DNA of 64,000 bases from Paraspadella gotoi (Eukaryota; Animalia; Chaetognatha): contig CM119271.1 in the NCBI GenBank assembly GCA_051294375.1, positions 8,711,083-8,775,082 of the forward strand, in the 5' to 3' direction. The notes beneath the pieces are model-generated. The model had not been told where the DNA came from, did no database searches, and saw only the letters and a program-made list of their open reading frames with translations. Position 1 is the stretch's first letter. The number at the start of each line of letters is the position of its first letter. This document shows, piece by piece, positions 53,696 to 64,000 of this stretch. A program made the translations under genes and the position numbers.

Positions 53696-54625
53696 GCTTG
53701 ATTATTTGCATGAATGATTAATAAGAATCTGATCCATTGATCGTTGAATTGATTCATCGCTTGTTTGATTGATTGATTGCTTGATTGATTGATTGATTGA
53801 TTGATTGCGTCACCGTGCTCTGAATCATCTTGTTTCCTTCCAGCGTCACCGTCGTCGTCGCGTTTCGGTCGTCGAGAGTTTTCTCCGCGAAGGGAACGCC
53901 GATCTGTCATCGATAAATGATAAATGATGAATGATAAATGATAAACATGATAAACGATTATCATTAATTAATGTAAAGTAAATAATATGTTTTAAGCTAA
54001 CTTTGAACTTGAGCGTTTGCGTTTTGAAGGTCGAGATGGTAGCGACGGTCCATGTATCGTCGGCGCTTCTGTTTTTAGAGACATGAAACATGACGGGACA
54101 TGGAGGAGACAAGGTGAGACAAGGTAGGACGAGTCAAGACGACACGAGGCGAGTTCGTATCATTTTTTTTTTAAATACCTTCCCATTCAATCATGCAATC
54201 AATTCGGGTCACCCCAATCAATTAATCAATCGACGCAACCCGCCCTTTCGATCAACTTCGTCCGGACAAATCAATCAATCAATCAATAAATCAATTTCCT
54301 CTATAGATCGTACGATATCCAATTTCCGATCAATCAATTAATCAAGAAAACAATCAATCACGCAATCAAACATCAATCAATCGATCAATCAATTAGTTAA
54401 TCAACCAATTAAACATTAATCAGTCAATCAATCAAAACAATCCCCCCCGCGTTAAATTCACTTAGAGATCTGGACGATGGGTTTGAGAGTGTTGCCCATC
54501 TTCCTGGTGATGAAGTCCAACTCGAGATATTCCAAGATGGCGTCGAAGTTTTCGTTTCTCTCGTTTTGCCAGACGCCGATGAGTGCCTCCCCGTCGGCGG
54601 CCAGCACGAAGAACGGCCACCGCAT
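53165..54625 (-). CDS. fabp: Fatty-acid-binding protein (FABP/iLBP family), 4 coding exons: 54625-54462, 54068-54002, 53903-53814, 53335-53165; 163 aa
   Basis: Manual splicing at GT..AG sites gives an uninterrupted frame: MRWPFFVLAADGEALIGVWQNERNENFDAILEYLELDFITRKMGNTLKPIVQISK-SADDTWTVATISTFKTQTLKFK-IGVPFAEKTLDDRNATTTVTLEGNKMIQST-TDAKQPKKNMTVERVVSGNTMTATIKCGGIVSKRHYSRKGGGGASLFERYLDLFGN*. FABP hallmarks are present: GxW...ENFD, TRK.GN..KP, STFK, FK.G..F.E.T.D.R, and the ligand-binding Arg plus RxY. Family-level symbol only; the start codon is uncertain. Confidence 0.9.
53350..53808 (+). repeat. (ATTT)n and (ATTG)n microsatellites filling FABP intron 3 (also 41720-42178)
   Basis: Seen directly. 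Confidence 0.92.
53814..53903 (-). CDS. fabp: FABP coding exon 3
   Basis: Acceptor GATGACAG|, 90 nt, encodes IGVPFAEKTLDDRNATTTVTLEGNKMIQST, donor |GTGACG. Confidence 0.85.
54002..54068 (-). CDS. fabp: FABP coding exon 2
   Basis: Acceptor AAAACAG|, 67 nt, encodes (K)SADDTWTVATISTFKTQTLKFK, donor |GTTAGC. Confidence 0.88.
54462..54625 (-). CDS. fabp: FABP coding exon 1
   Basis: Encodes GVWQNERNENFD...TRKMGNTLKPIVQIS; phase-2 donor AA|GTGAAT at 54461; a candidate upstream acceptor TTTTCTTCAG ends at 54722. Confidence 0.85.
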
Positions 54626-55366
54626 CTCTTCGTTAGCGGACGAGCGGTTTGAGCCAAGTTGGTTCGAAGACGATTCGGAAGATGGTTCGCCGAACGGAAT
54701 TTGTACGAAATTGACGATAAACTGAAGAAAAGTTCGACTCTTTTTCTTTCTGTTCTTTTCTGTTCTCTTTTCCCTTTTTATCGTGTCCCTTCGCTTCTTT
54801 TTGCCTCTGTTCACTTCCGTTCGTCTCCGTTCGCTTCTGTTCGCCTTTTGTTCGCCTCTCGTTCGTTACTTCCGTTTCTTTTCTATCATCATTCGTAGTT
54901 TTCTTTTGCTCTGTTTTTTTTTTTGTTTTTTTTCTCTCATAAACGAAATTAGGAGACGAAAACGGTAAGAGATCGTTTGAACGAAAAGATGTAAAGTATA
55001 AACGTAATATCTAGTAGCTAATATCTATCAATCTATCTATCTATCTAATATCTATTATGAAGGAGTTGTGGGATTGTATGAATGGCATTTGTTATAAATT
55101 CGGTTGAAAAAAAGGAATGGAAACTTTAAAAGATAAGGAAAAGAGCATGCAAACTTTCAATAAAAACACAGAATTGAATGTAGTTCGAAATTACTTGAGA
55201 AAAGATTTTCATAAATTCATGGCTCGCCAAAGTAATTTATCTTTTACAACGACTTAGTCTTAGGCCATGTCTTTGTGCCAATATATGCTTTCTTTCACTA
55301 TTCTTTTTTTTTACATTTTCTCCATTGTATTTGATTTTTCTTTTTGTTGTTTATAAAGGAATTTAG

Positions 55367-55486
55367 AGAGAAAACGAAAATTTCGTTATAACAACAAGTG
55401 AATTTATTAGTTATTCGGACATGTTTCGACTCTTAAATAAATTCAATAAATTCACTTGTTGTTATAACTAAATTTTCGTTTTCTCT
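55367..55486. repeat. 42-bp inverted repeat (1 mismatch) with 36-nt spacer
   Basis: Arms 55367-55408 and 55445-55486; the spacer contains ACATGTTTCGAC. Confidence 0.9.
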
Positions 55487-55706
55487 TTTTCTTTTTCTCC
55501 AAAAAATGTATTTTCAAGGCTCCATTTTTTAACGGTTCTCCGTGAAATAACGATAAACGAACAAGAATAATAAAACCTCCTCGCGTTAATATCGACCTTT
55601 TATTAATCTATAAAACATTAAACATTAAAACGACCGTCATAAAAAAATAGGGAAAAAAAACAATTCAAGTTAAAATCCATTTAGTCCCGACTTTTACGAT
55701 TGGAGG

Positions 55707-55741
<35 letters not shown>

Positions 55742-56367
55742 TAACGATCAAAGCGCAATGCCGCGAATCCACTCACTCTCTTTACCCCCTCAACCACGTA
55801 ACCTAACCTCGGTTTCACCACGCCCCCCCTCAAGAATTCTTTCAACCCAATGACGCGCGAGGGTGTGTCACCCATCGCTATTGTCCCTCTCTTCTGCTCT
55901 CTCTCCTCTCGTCTCTCTCTCTCGTTCTCTCTCTCGGTCTCTGCTCTCTCTCTGCTCTCTCTCTCTGCCGCCCCCGTCCACCTCCTCGCTGAGATTTGCA
56001 CCTACATGTTTCCGGGCCTACCTCCTCCTCGCTCCTCCTCCTCCTCCGTCTTTTCCTCCGTCGGTGCATGGGGCGGGCCTGGAGAAGCGAGTCATCATGT
56101 TTTATAGTTGCGACTCTCTCGAGTTTCCATTGACAACGCAGAGGCTTTTTGATGGGCGCGGAAGGCGTCGTTGGCGCTGTTTGGGGGGGTTGAAGAATGG
56201 ACGACGACCCGACGACGACCGACGACGACGACGACGAACGAACGACGACGACGACGACGAACGACGACGACTGACGACGCGAACGCACGATAAGTCCACC
56301 CAGCCAAATGTTTAGAAATTTACCTTCCGATTCAATTAAAGGAGATAAAGACGAAGAGATGAGAGAG

Positions 56368-56414
<47 letters not shown>

Positions 56415-56917
56415 AGAGACGAAGAAGAGAGAGAGAGAGGAATTTGTATAAATGACCGAGAAGTCGACAAAATTTATCTGCGTCAGATTTGCGCCAATTC
56501 TTTTTTTTCTTTTAGACTAAAACGTGCGGTGATGAGCTCGTATTTTTGTAGAGAGTTGGTTAGAAAGATGAGAAAACTAATTTCATCCATTTGTGGAAAA
56601 AGTGAGATTTAATTGTGAAATTCTTGAAACGTTTTTACAATAAAATGATTCATTTGTTCTAAAACTAAGCGATCTCAATGGATTTTGAACAACCAAGACC
56701 AAAGAGAACGGGCCTGTGTGAAGAATTTACTTTCTCTTCGTGCTAAGCGGAGACGAGGGTCTCGTTTCTCCCTATTCCAAGTGTTTCAACGTGAGTCGCT
56801 GAAGGAAGAAGAAGTAGTATTTTAAAATGTTTATTTCTTTATAAATTAATCCGTCCGAAACTCGTAAAAACAGAGTTTCCTTTCAGAAACAAGAGAAACA
56901 CTATTTGTGAGTGTTGA

Positions 56918-57066
56918 AGAATGCAAGAATGCAAGAATGCAGGAATGCAATAATGCCAGAATGCAAGAATGCAAGAATGTAAGATTGTAAGATTGTAAGA
57001 ATGCAATAATGCAAAAATGCAAAAATGCAAAAATGCAAGAATGCATGAATGCAAGAATGCAACTGC
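56918..57066 (+). repeat. (GAATGCAA)n 8-bp minisatellite
   Basis: Seen directly, with GATTGTAA and AAATGCAA variants. Confidence 0.92.
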
Positions 57067-58079
57067 AAAAAAATCAATTGAATTCATAAAAAAAAGATCG
57101 ATTTTCTGCCGTCAACTCGGTTTCCACGAATCGCCGTTAAAATAAATGTAACTTTTTAAATGTAGAGCACTACGTCAATGAAATTCATTGTAACTGCGCA
57201 ACGAAAATCCATCGACCGAATTACCGAGAGTTGACCTCATGATCCGCAATAACGTTGATTCCGCNNNNNNNNNNNNNNNNNNNNNNNNNNNNNNNNNNNN
57301 NNNNNNNNNNNNNNNNNNNNNNNNNNNNNNNNNNNNNNNNNNNNNNNNNNNNNNNNNNNNNNNNNNNNNNNNNNNNNNNNNNNNNNNNNNNNNNNNNNNN
57401 NNNNNNNNNNNNNNNNNNNNNNNNNNNNNNNNNNNNNNNNNNNNNNNNNNNNNNNNNNNNNNNNNNNNNNNNNNNNNNNNNNNNNNNNNNNNNNNNNNNN
57501 NNNNNNNNNNNNNNNNNNNNNNNNNNNNNNNNNNNNNNNNNNNNNNNNNNNNNNNNNNNNNNNNNNNNNNNNNNNNNNNNNNNNNNNNNNNNNNNNNNNN
57601 NNNNNNNNNNNNNNNNNNNNNNNNNNNNNNNNNNNNNNNNNNNNNNNNNNNNNNNNNNNNNNNNNNNNNNNNNNNNNNNNNNNNNNNNNNNNNNNNNNNN
57701 NNNNNNNNNNNNNNNNNNNNNNNNNNNNNNNNNNNNNNNNNNNNNNNNNNNNNNNNNNNNNNNNNNNNNNNNNNNNNNNNNNNNNNNNNNNNNNNNNNNN
57801 NNNNNNNNNNNNNNNNNNNNNNNNNNNNNNNNNNNNNNNNNNNNNNNNNNNNNNNNNNNNNNNNNNNNNNNNNNNNNNNNNNNNNNNNNNNNNNNNNNNN
57901 NNNNNNNNNNNNNNNNNNNNNNNNNNNNNNNNNNNNNNNNNNNNNNNNNNNNNNNNNNNNNNNNNNNNNNNNNNNNNNNNNNNNNNNNNNNNNNNNNNNN
58001 NNNGAAATTCGCGGCGACTCAGAGTCGAGGCCGTAAATCCATCAAAAACGCGTCATGACAACCGAAACTGGAAAGGGGG

Positions 58080-58087
58080 GACGACGA

Positions 58088-58119
<32 letters not shown>

Positions 58120-58430
58120 ATGATGACGACGTCGACGATGACGACGTAGTCGACGACGATGATGACGATGATGACGATGAAGACGACGATGACATCGATG
58201 ACGATGACGATGATGACGACGTCGACAATGATGACGACGATGACAACGAAGTGGATGATGACGACGACGAAGTCGACGATGACGACGACGAAGTCGACGA
58301 CGACGACGACAACGACGACGGCGACGAGGATGACGAAAACTAAGACGATGTCGATGACGACCATGACGACTCTTATGAGGACGATGACAACCCGGACGAC
58401 AATGAAGATCATAATGACAATGACAACGAA
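58080..58430 (+). repeat. Degenerate (GAC/GAT)n tract
   Basis: Triplet periodicity is preserved over ~350 bp. Confidence 0.9.
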
Positions 58431-58781
58431 AACGGTGTCAGCGTTGCTGACTTTTTTCGTTGACAGATGCTGACAGATTACGACAAAAACGGTGACTGTG
58501 TCGCTAACATTATTACTAACGATGTTAACAATGACCCCAACAAAAACCAACGTTGTCGGCGACGACAACATTAACGACGACGCAAACGCTGACATTTTTC
58601 CTGGTCATTAACACCCCAATGTCATCTACGAGGAAGTTGACAAAGAAGAGAAAATGATGGATGGATGACACGTGACGAAAGATATAGACGACCGACGACG
58701 CGAAAAGCAAATCTTTTCTTGACGTGTACGCTATGACGTCGTCTCAAACTCCTTCCGGGCGGCTAAACGACGTTCGCTTAT

Positions 58782-58854
<73 letters not shown>

Positions 58855-59325
58855 TATGCCGTACCGAAATGATAAACTAAAATTTATAATCCTAAATAGG
58901 ATACATCAACTTGAAGTAGTTAAATCCATGTACGTTACATTTCAAACAATTTATAATATCATTTAAAGACTTTGTTAGAATTGAATCTCATTTACTTATC
59001 AAAAAATCCCAGATACCTTTTCAAGTTAGTGATAAAATTTATGCCGGCAAAATGAATATATTTTTTTTTTTTGGAAGCAGAATACTATTTTAACAACGAC
59101 GACGACAACGACGACGACGTCCAACAGGAAAAAAAAGAAATAAATTATGATTATTGTTATGAAGCCCATGGGGTTCTTTTTTGTGATTGTGTGTGAGGAG
59201 TCGACGGTGAAAAAGTTTTTTGTGACGTCTCACGTGAAGCGTGAAGAGAGACTCTTCGTTCAAGGCTGAGGAACGTCGTCTCGCTCTCTCTCTCTCTTTC
59301 ACACTCACAGTCGGAAAACCCCCGC

Positions 59326-59430
<105 letters not shown>

Positions 59431-60140
59431 TCGGCCAGAGGAAAAAAAAAAGAAGAAAAGTAGTTTAAAGATAAACGTCATCCAACAATCACGCAAAACG
59501 TCACGCGAGAAGAAAAAAAACGTCGCGAATGTCACAAACGTGACAAAATGTCACAATTGCTACAAAATGTGGCGAATCACGATGATCGAGGGGACGAAGG
59601 CGGCAGCACGGTGGGTTTAGAGAAGAGTTCGGTTGGAAAAATTATGTTTTAGGTTAGTTAGTTTTAAGAAAATATTTTCTAGGACCAGTTTATACTGCTC
59701 GGTCATAGTTGGCTCTGATATGATAAGATATTCTCCTGTCAAGTAAGACATATATATATATGTAAGTGAAGCTTTTACAAAGAAGGAACCCAAAACTTTT
59801 GGCAAAAAGAATATTTGTAATTATCCGAATTAAAATCTATCAAATAGAACCTAAAATTGTTTTTAACTTTGATATTTTGCTTAAACCAACCGTGTCAAGA
59901 ATTCGTAACTTGGACGAGCAAGAAGATGGTTTCTGTCGCTCATATGTCGTCGTCGTCTTCATCGTCATCGTCTTCGTCGTCATCGTCGTCGTCTTCATAG
60001 ACGTCGTTCTCGTTATCGTTCATTCACCTCGTACATTTCAATCCAGAGTTTTTGACGAGTTTTAAAAATCACGAAAATCTTAAAAGGAGATTCCGAAATA
60101 AATGGAAATGCACCCATTTACGATCCGCCAACTGTGTGAC

Positions 60141-60274
<134 letters not shown>

Positions 60275-60679
60275 GTTTTTATATTTCATCTCTTGACGTT
60301 TGCGAGATCGGAAATGTCTGTCTTACTGCGACGCAAACGTTTGGGAAAAATAAAATTCGTTTTTGTTTTTTTTTGCTTCGCGATGCGAATCGTCGTTATA
60401 GGATCGTGAGAAGTGAGAATCGTCACTTCACAAGGTCGCGGGTTCGAATCTCGAACGATTAATGACGTTTTTGGTTCTGCAGAAACGATTTGACACATGT
60501 GTAATAAAATATCTATAATAGAAAATCTCTTCAAACGGCTCTTATACGTAGGTTCACCGACAACAATAACATTGATCACAACAACAACCCGCATATTTTT
60601 TTGTCTACAATATTTCGATCCTTGCGACTTCCGGTTGCAATAGACGATATCAGAAAGCTGAATATTAAAAAGTAGATAA

Positions 60680-60718
<39 letters not shown>

Positions 60719-60750
60719 CTTCTCCGTCTTCTCTCTCTCTCGTTGGTTAC

Positions 60751-60969
60751 TCCAACTTCAAAGGTCGGTTTATGAAATGGACCCGCCGTGACCGGAATTA
60801 TCGCCGTACGACTCTGACCAACGCGTGCCCGCCTGCTTCGCGGCTGCGTCGACGGCAGCGGAGTCCGCGTCCGCAGCGGCAGCGGCGCGGCACCGGCGGC
60901 GTCCGTTGACCTGTAGCGCGTTTGAGGTTGTACTCTGACACGATAGTCCATTCAGAGTTCTGACGCCCC
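60751..60969 (-). CDS. Possible cadherin-repeat exon (error-damaged)
   Basis: GC-rich island between acceptor TTTTGATTTAG| and donor |GTAACC. Fragments across frames read GVRTLNGL, SEYNL, STDA, VRVV.DN and PFHKPTFEVG, resembling the second half of a cadherin repeat. Frameshifts must be assumed. Confidence 0.35.
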
Positions 60970-61189
60970 CTAAATCAAAAATCCGAGGCGGACGTTTGGG
61001 GGAGGGAGGAGAAGGGTTTGAGGGGGAGAGGGGAGGGAAGGGGGTTCTGGGTGCGAGCAGTAGGGAGGGAACCTCTCTCTCTCTTATCAATCCGGTTGGA
61101 CTTGAGCATCATGTGATGCCCATGTACGCCTGAGGCGGCAAATCTAGCCTGAGTGACGTCATTGACCAATGAAAACTAGAAAAAAGAAC

Positions 61190-61882
61190 GACAGGTACTG
61201 GTGATAGTTAGGTGAGGACGAAGTGTGGTCTCTCTCGTACGTCTCGGGGAGAGAGGCAGGGAAGGTGGTTCCTTGAGTCGCGGGAGAGAGGGTAGTGCGA
61301 TACGCTGGTTGAGGCGTCTCTCTCGAGTAGAGCGTGAGGGAACGCGGGTCGCCGGGCGCACGCAAGAGGTCGCACGCCGCAAGGCGCTGCTTCGCACGCG
61401 CGCGCCCGCACGCTATGAGTGCGAGGGATACGGCTCGGCGTTGTCCTCAGCGGGAGAGAGGGCCAGGGACTACCAAGCTCGTCGTGCTCTCTCGCACGGG
61501 TCTCTCTCGAGAGAGGGAGGTCGAAGTCTTTTTAAATTGGCACGTGGGCTGTGTAAAAGCAGCGCGAAAAGAGGAAGGAGGGAAAGGGTTGAGAATTGGG
61601 TGAAGAGACAGTGTCGTGGACGAGAAGAAAGAGTCGGACAGCGGGACGCGCTTGGACGTTTGTTCGGGCCGGGGAGAGATGGGAGGGAACAGTGGGGGTC
61701 TCTGACGAGAGTATAGATAGGGAGGACGCTCCTCTTAGGAGCACGTCCTGGGAGGTTGAGGGGGCAGACGAAAAAGAGAAGGACGAGGCAGAAGCGGGTC
61801 GGGGGAGACCACGAAGGGAGGCGCGCAATGAAGGGCTGGTTGTTATGTTGTAGACACGGTGAGCAAGGAATGGGTGAGTCAT
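61190..61882 (-). CDS. Possible cadherin-repeat coding sequence (very noisy)
   Basis: Fragments RVYNIT...LRAS.RGLP, VRLFLLVHD...P...FSRCFYTAHV, EDNAEP and LNQRI occur in cadherin-repeat order. Confidence 0.3.
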
Positions 61883-61889
61883 GCGTTTA

Positions 61890-62345
61890 GGGAGAGAGGG
61901 AGGGAAGGGGGTTGAGGGAGAGGGGGGGAAAGGGGAGGGGGAAAAGGGGGAGGGGAGAAGGGGATTGAGGGGAGAGAGGGAGGGAAGGTGGTTGAGTGGA
62001 GGGGGAGGAGAGGAGGGAAAGATGATTTGAGGGGGGGAGGGGAGAGAGGGAGGGAATGGGTTTTCCAGGGGGAGAAGAGGGGCAGGGGAAGGTGGTTGAG
62101 GGGGAGAGGGAGGGAAAGGGTTGAGGGGGGAGAGAGGGAGGGAAGGTGGTTGGGGGGAAGAGAGGAGGGTTTGAGGGGGAGAGAGGAAGGGAATGGGTTT
62201 TCCAAGGGAGAGAGGGAGGGAAAGGTGGTTGAGGGAGAGAGAGAGGGAGGGAGAGAGAGGGAATTGAGGGGGAGAGAGGGAGGAAGGTGGGTTTTGAGGG
62301 CGAGAGAGAAGGAGGGAGCAGAAAGAAGGAAAGGGGGAAGAGGGT
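61890..62345 (+). repeat. G-rich purine minisatellite
   Basis: Recurrent GGGGAGAGAGGGAGGGAAGGTGGTTGA / GGGAATGGGTTTTCCA units. Confidence 0.8.
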
Positions 62346-63560
62346 AACGAAAAAGGTCAATCAAAAAAATGGTAAGGTTTGCTCTGAGAAAGTAGGGTGG
62401 AAACTTGATGACTTGAAGAAAGGGAGAGGGAATGGAAAGATAGCTGACGCGAAATTGACTAAAATGACCGGATTCGGGAAACAGTTTAACGTGATTGATA
62501 TCTTTAAACTTATTTGCATATTGCAGTACTTGAGAAAAAAATTTTTCTCAACATCCCATGATGTTTTTCGGTATACTTTCCATTTAATACAATTTTTCAA
62601 ACGGTAGGAGTCGCTGAGATGGTTAGAATAAAAAGTTCAGTTCTTTCCTTTTTGTCTGTTTTACATGTTTTAGTTTAGTTTCGTGGATTTGAATCGTAGG
62701 AATATTATGTTCAGGACTTAAAAAAAAACACGGAAATCAATCTTTAAATTTATGAAATTCACATCTGAGACCAAAAAAAAATGAAATTTGACGGAATGTG
62801 ACGGAATTTGCCAGTTGTGTGGTGTGGCGGAGAGAGAGAGATAGCATACTGTGTTAGCATGAGAGGTGGTGATTAGATTATGGGAAAAGTTAAGTGTGAC
62901 TTTGGTTAGATTGGATGACAGGAGGGTTGATAAAAAAGAGATGTGTTTAGGTTGAACTAAGTAATAAGTTAGGTTATATGTTAAGGACAATAGTAATGAG
63001 AATGAGGGGGATAAGAATTAGAAGGGTTGAAACTGCAGTGGAGAAATTGTGGGGAATGTTTCTTATTTCATTGAGAAAAGAATTAGAAGAAGAATATTGG
63101 GTGGCAAAAGTTAATGGAACATTAAGAGGTTTTGAGAAAACTGTTTTAGATGGAGGGATATTGGGTAGAATAGATGGAGAAGGCCAGATAGAATGGGGAA
63201 ACTTGATTAAAAATGTAAGTGTAGGATATTGGACATTGCTGTAACTCAGATGAATCGATGTCTTTCGTCATTCTCTTTTCGATGCAAGGTGCGTTAGACC
63301 ACACTCGAACACCTCTGCTTTCTCATGTACTATTATCATTATAAAATACATACTGTTTCAATAAACTGTGCAAAATTTGTAAATATAAACTTCTCCAAAC
63401 AACAAAATTTCCAAACTCTCAAAATTAGTAAATACAAACTTTTACAAACTTACTTTTACTTTTACTTACTTTTACAAACCAATAAATTTTAGTCTTCCTC
63501 TTATAACAATCGGTTTTCTTAAAATATTTGCGTATCTCAAACTTGCTTTTATATCCAACA

Positions 63561-63866
63561 ATGGCGCTTGCGGATGTTAACCGCGAGAAAGCTGCTTCGT
63601 CTATTCCGGTTGATAAATTCGTCTCGGAAGCGAACGATTTTGAGGAATGGGCTGAGCTCTTCGCACTTGTCGTTTCTCTCGCTACAAACCCTGCGACAGT
63701 AGCAAGGAAGCATGGGGTTGGGTCTTCATTGGCTTCCTCTAAAATTAGGTGATCCTGCTCGCAAAGTCTTCAAGATATTATAATTATATTATAATAAATT
63801 ATAAAAAATTATACAGCAATAAAAGACGAAATGGACGAACTCCTCAATGACCCACAGGAGGCTTAG
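63561..63866 (+). mobile_element. Truncated retrotransposon Gag-like ORF (Ty3/Gypsy-type capsid N-terminus)
   Basis: MALADVNREKAASSIPVDKFVSEANDFEEWAELFALVVSLA..., then after a frameshift HWLPLKLGDPARKVFKIL...YTAIKDEMDELLNDPQEA*. This fits the P.kF.g..DF.eW...F / L...L.g.Ar..f..L / Y..lK pattern of Gag capsid domains. It ends in a minisatellite. Confidence 0.55.
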
Positions 63867-64000
63867 TCATTACGTCATTACGTCAATACGTCATTTTAAG
63901 TTATTTTAGTCACGTTTGGTCCTTAAGTCATTACGTCATTTTATGTCATTTTAGTCATGTTCGGTCCTTTTATGTCATTTTAACGTTTTATAACATTTTA
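63866..64000 (+). repeat. (GTCATTAC/GTCATTTTA)n minisatellite
   Basis: Seen directly. Confidence 0.85.

Larger units (their letters stand above)
42932..54527 (+). repeat. Tandem segmental duplicate, copy B (includes internal re-duplications at 51162-51737 and 52022-52112)
   Basis: Begins immediately after the 25-N gap with the same sequence as 32531; the same order of unique islands follows. Confidence 0.93.

Noticed and set aside
58080-58430. Poly-Asp reading frame resembling acidic biomineralisation proteins
   Set aside because: No splice or signal context identified and a stop at ~58341. GAC-to-GAT and GAC-to-AAC changes are what CpG decay of a (GAC)n microsatellite produces, and GAC tracts are everywhere in this window.
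60433-60455. B-box-like AGGTCGCGGGTTCGAATCTCG as a tRNA gene
   Set aside because: No A box or cloverleaf stems found; at most a decayed SINE head.

Overview
Eukaryotic (animal-like) genomic DNA, AT-rich and dense in microsatellites ((AG)n, (GAC)n, (ATC)n, (ATTG)n). It comes from a rough hybrid assembly with nine N-gaps (four exactly 25 N), indel-rich stretches resembling uncorrected long reads, and A-run junk through most of 1-15.6 kb. Nearly all listed ORFs are microsatellite translations. The one gene I can fully reconstruct is a 4-exon minus-strand fatty-acid-binding protein (FABP/iLBP family, 163 aa, 54625-53165). Its three introns are not at the canonical FABP positions, and it has N- and C-terminal extensions. 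The block 32531-42906 recurs at 42932-54527, joined at a 25-N gap; this is probably two haplotypes placed in tandem, and it contains a second, 5'-truncated FABP copy. Also present: a DINE-1-like (Helentron-associated) element family, a tRNA-derived SINE family, a Gag-like fragment at the right end, a 42-bp inverted repeat with a Penelope-like motif, and weak, error-damaged exon candidates (cadherin-like, filamin-like, two unknown genes). I found no convincing new biological system; the unusual FABP is the best lead.
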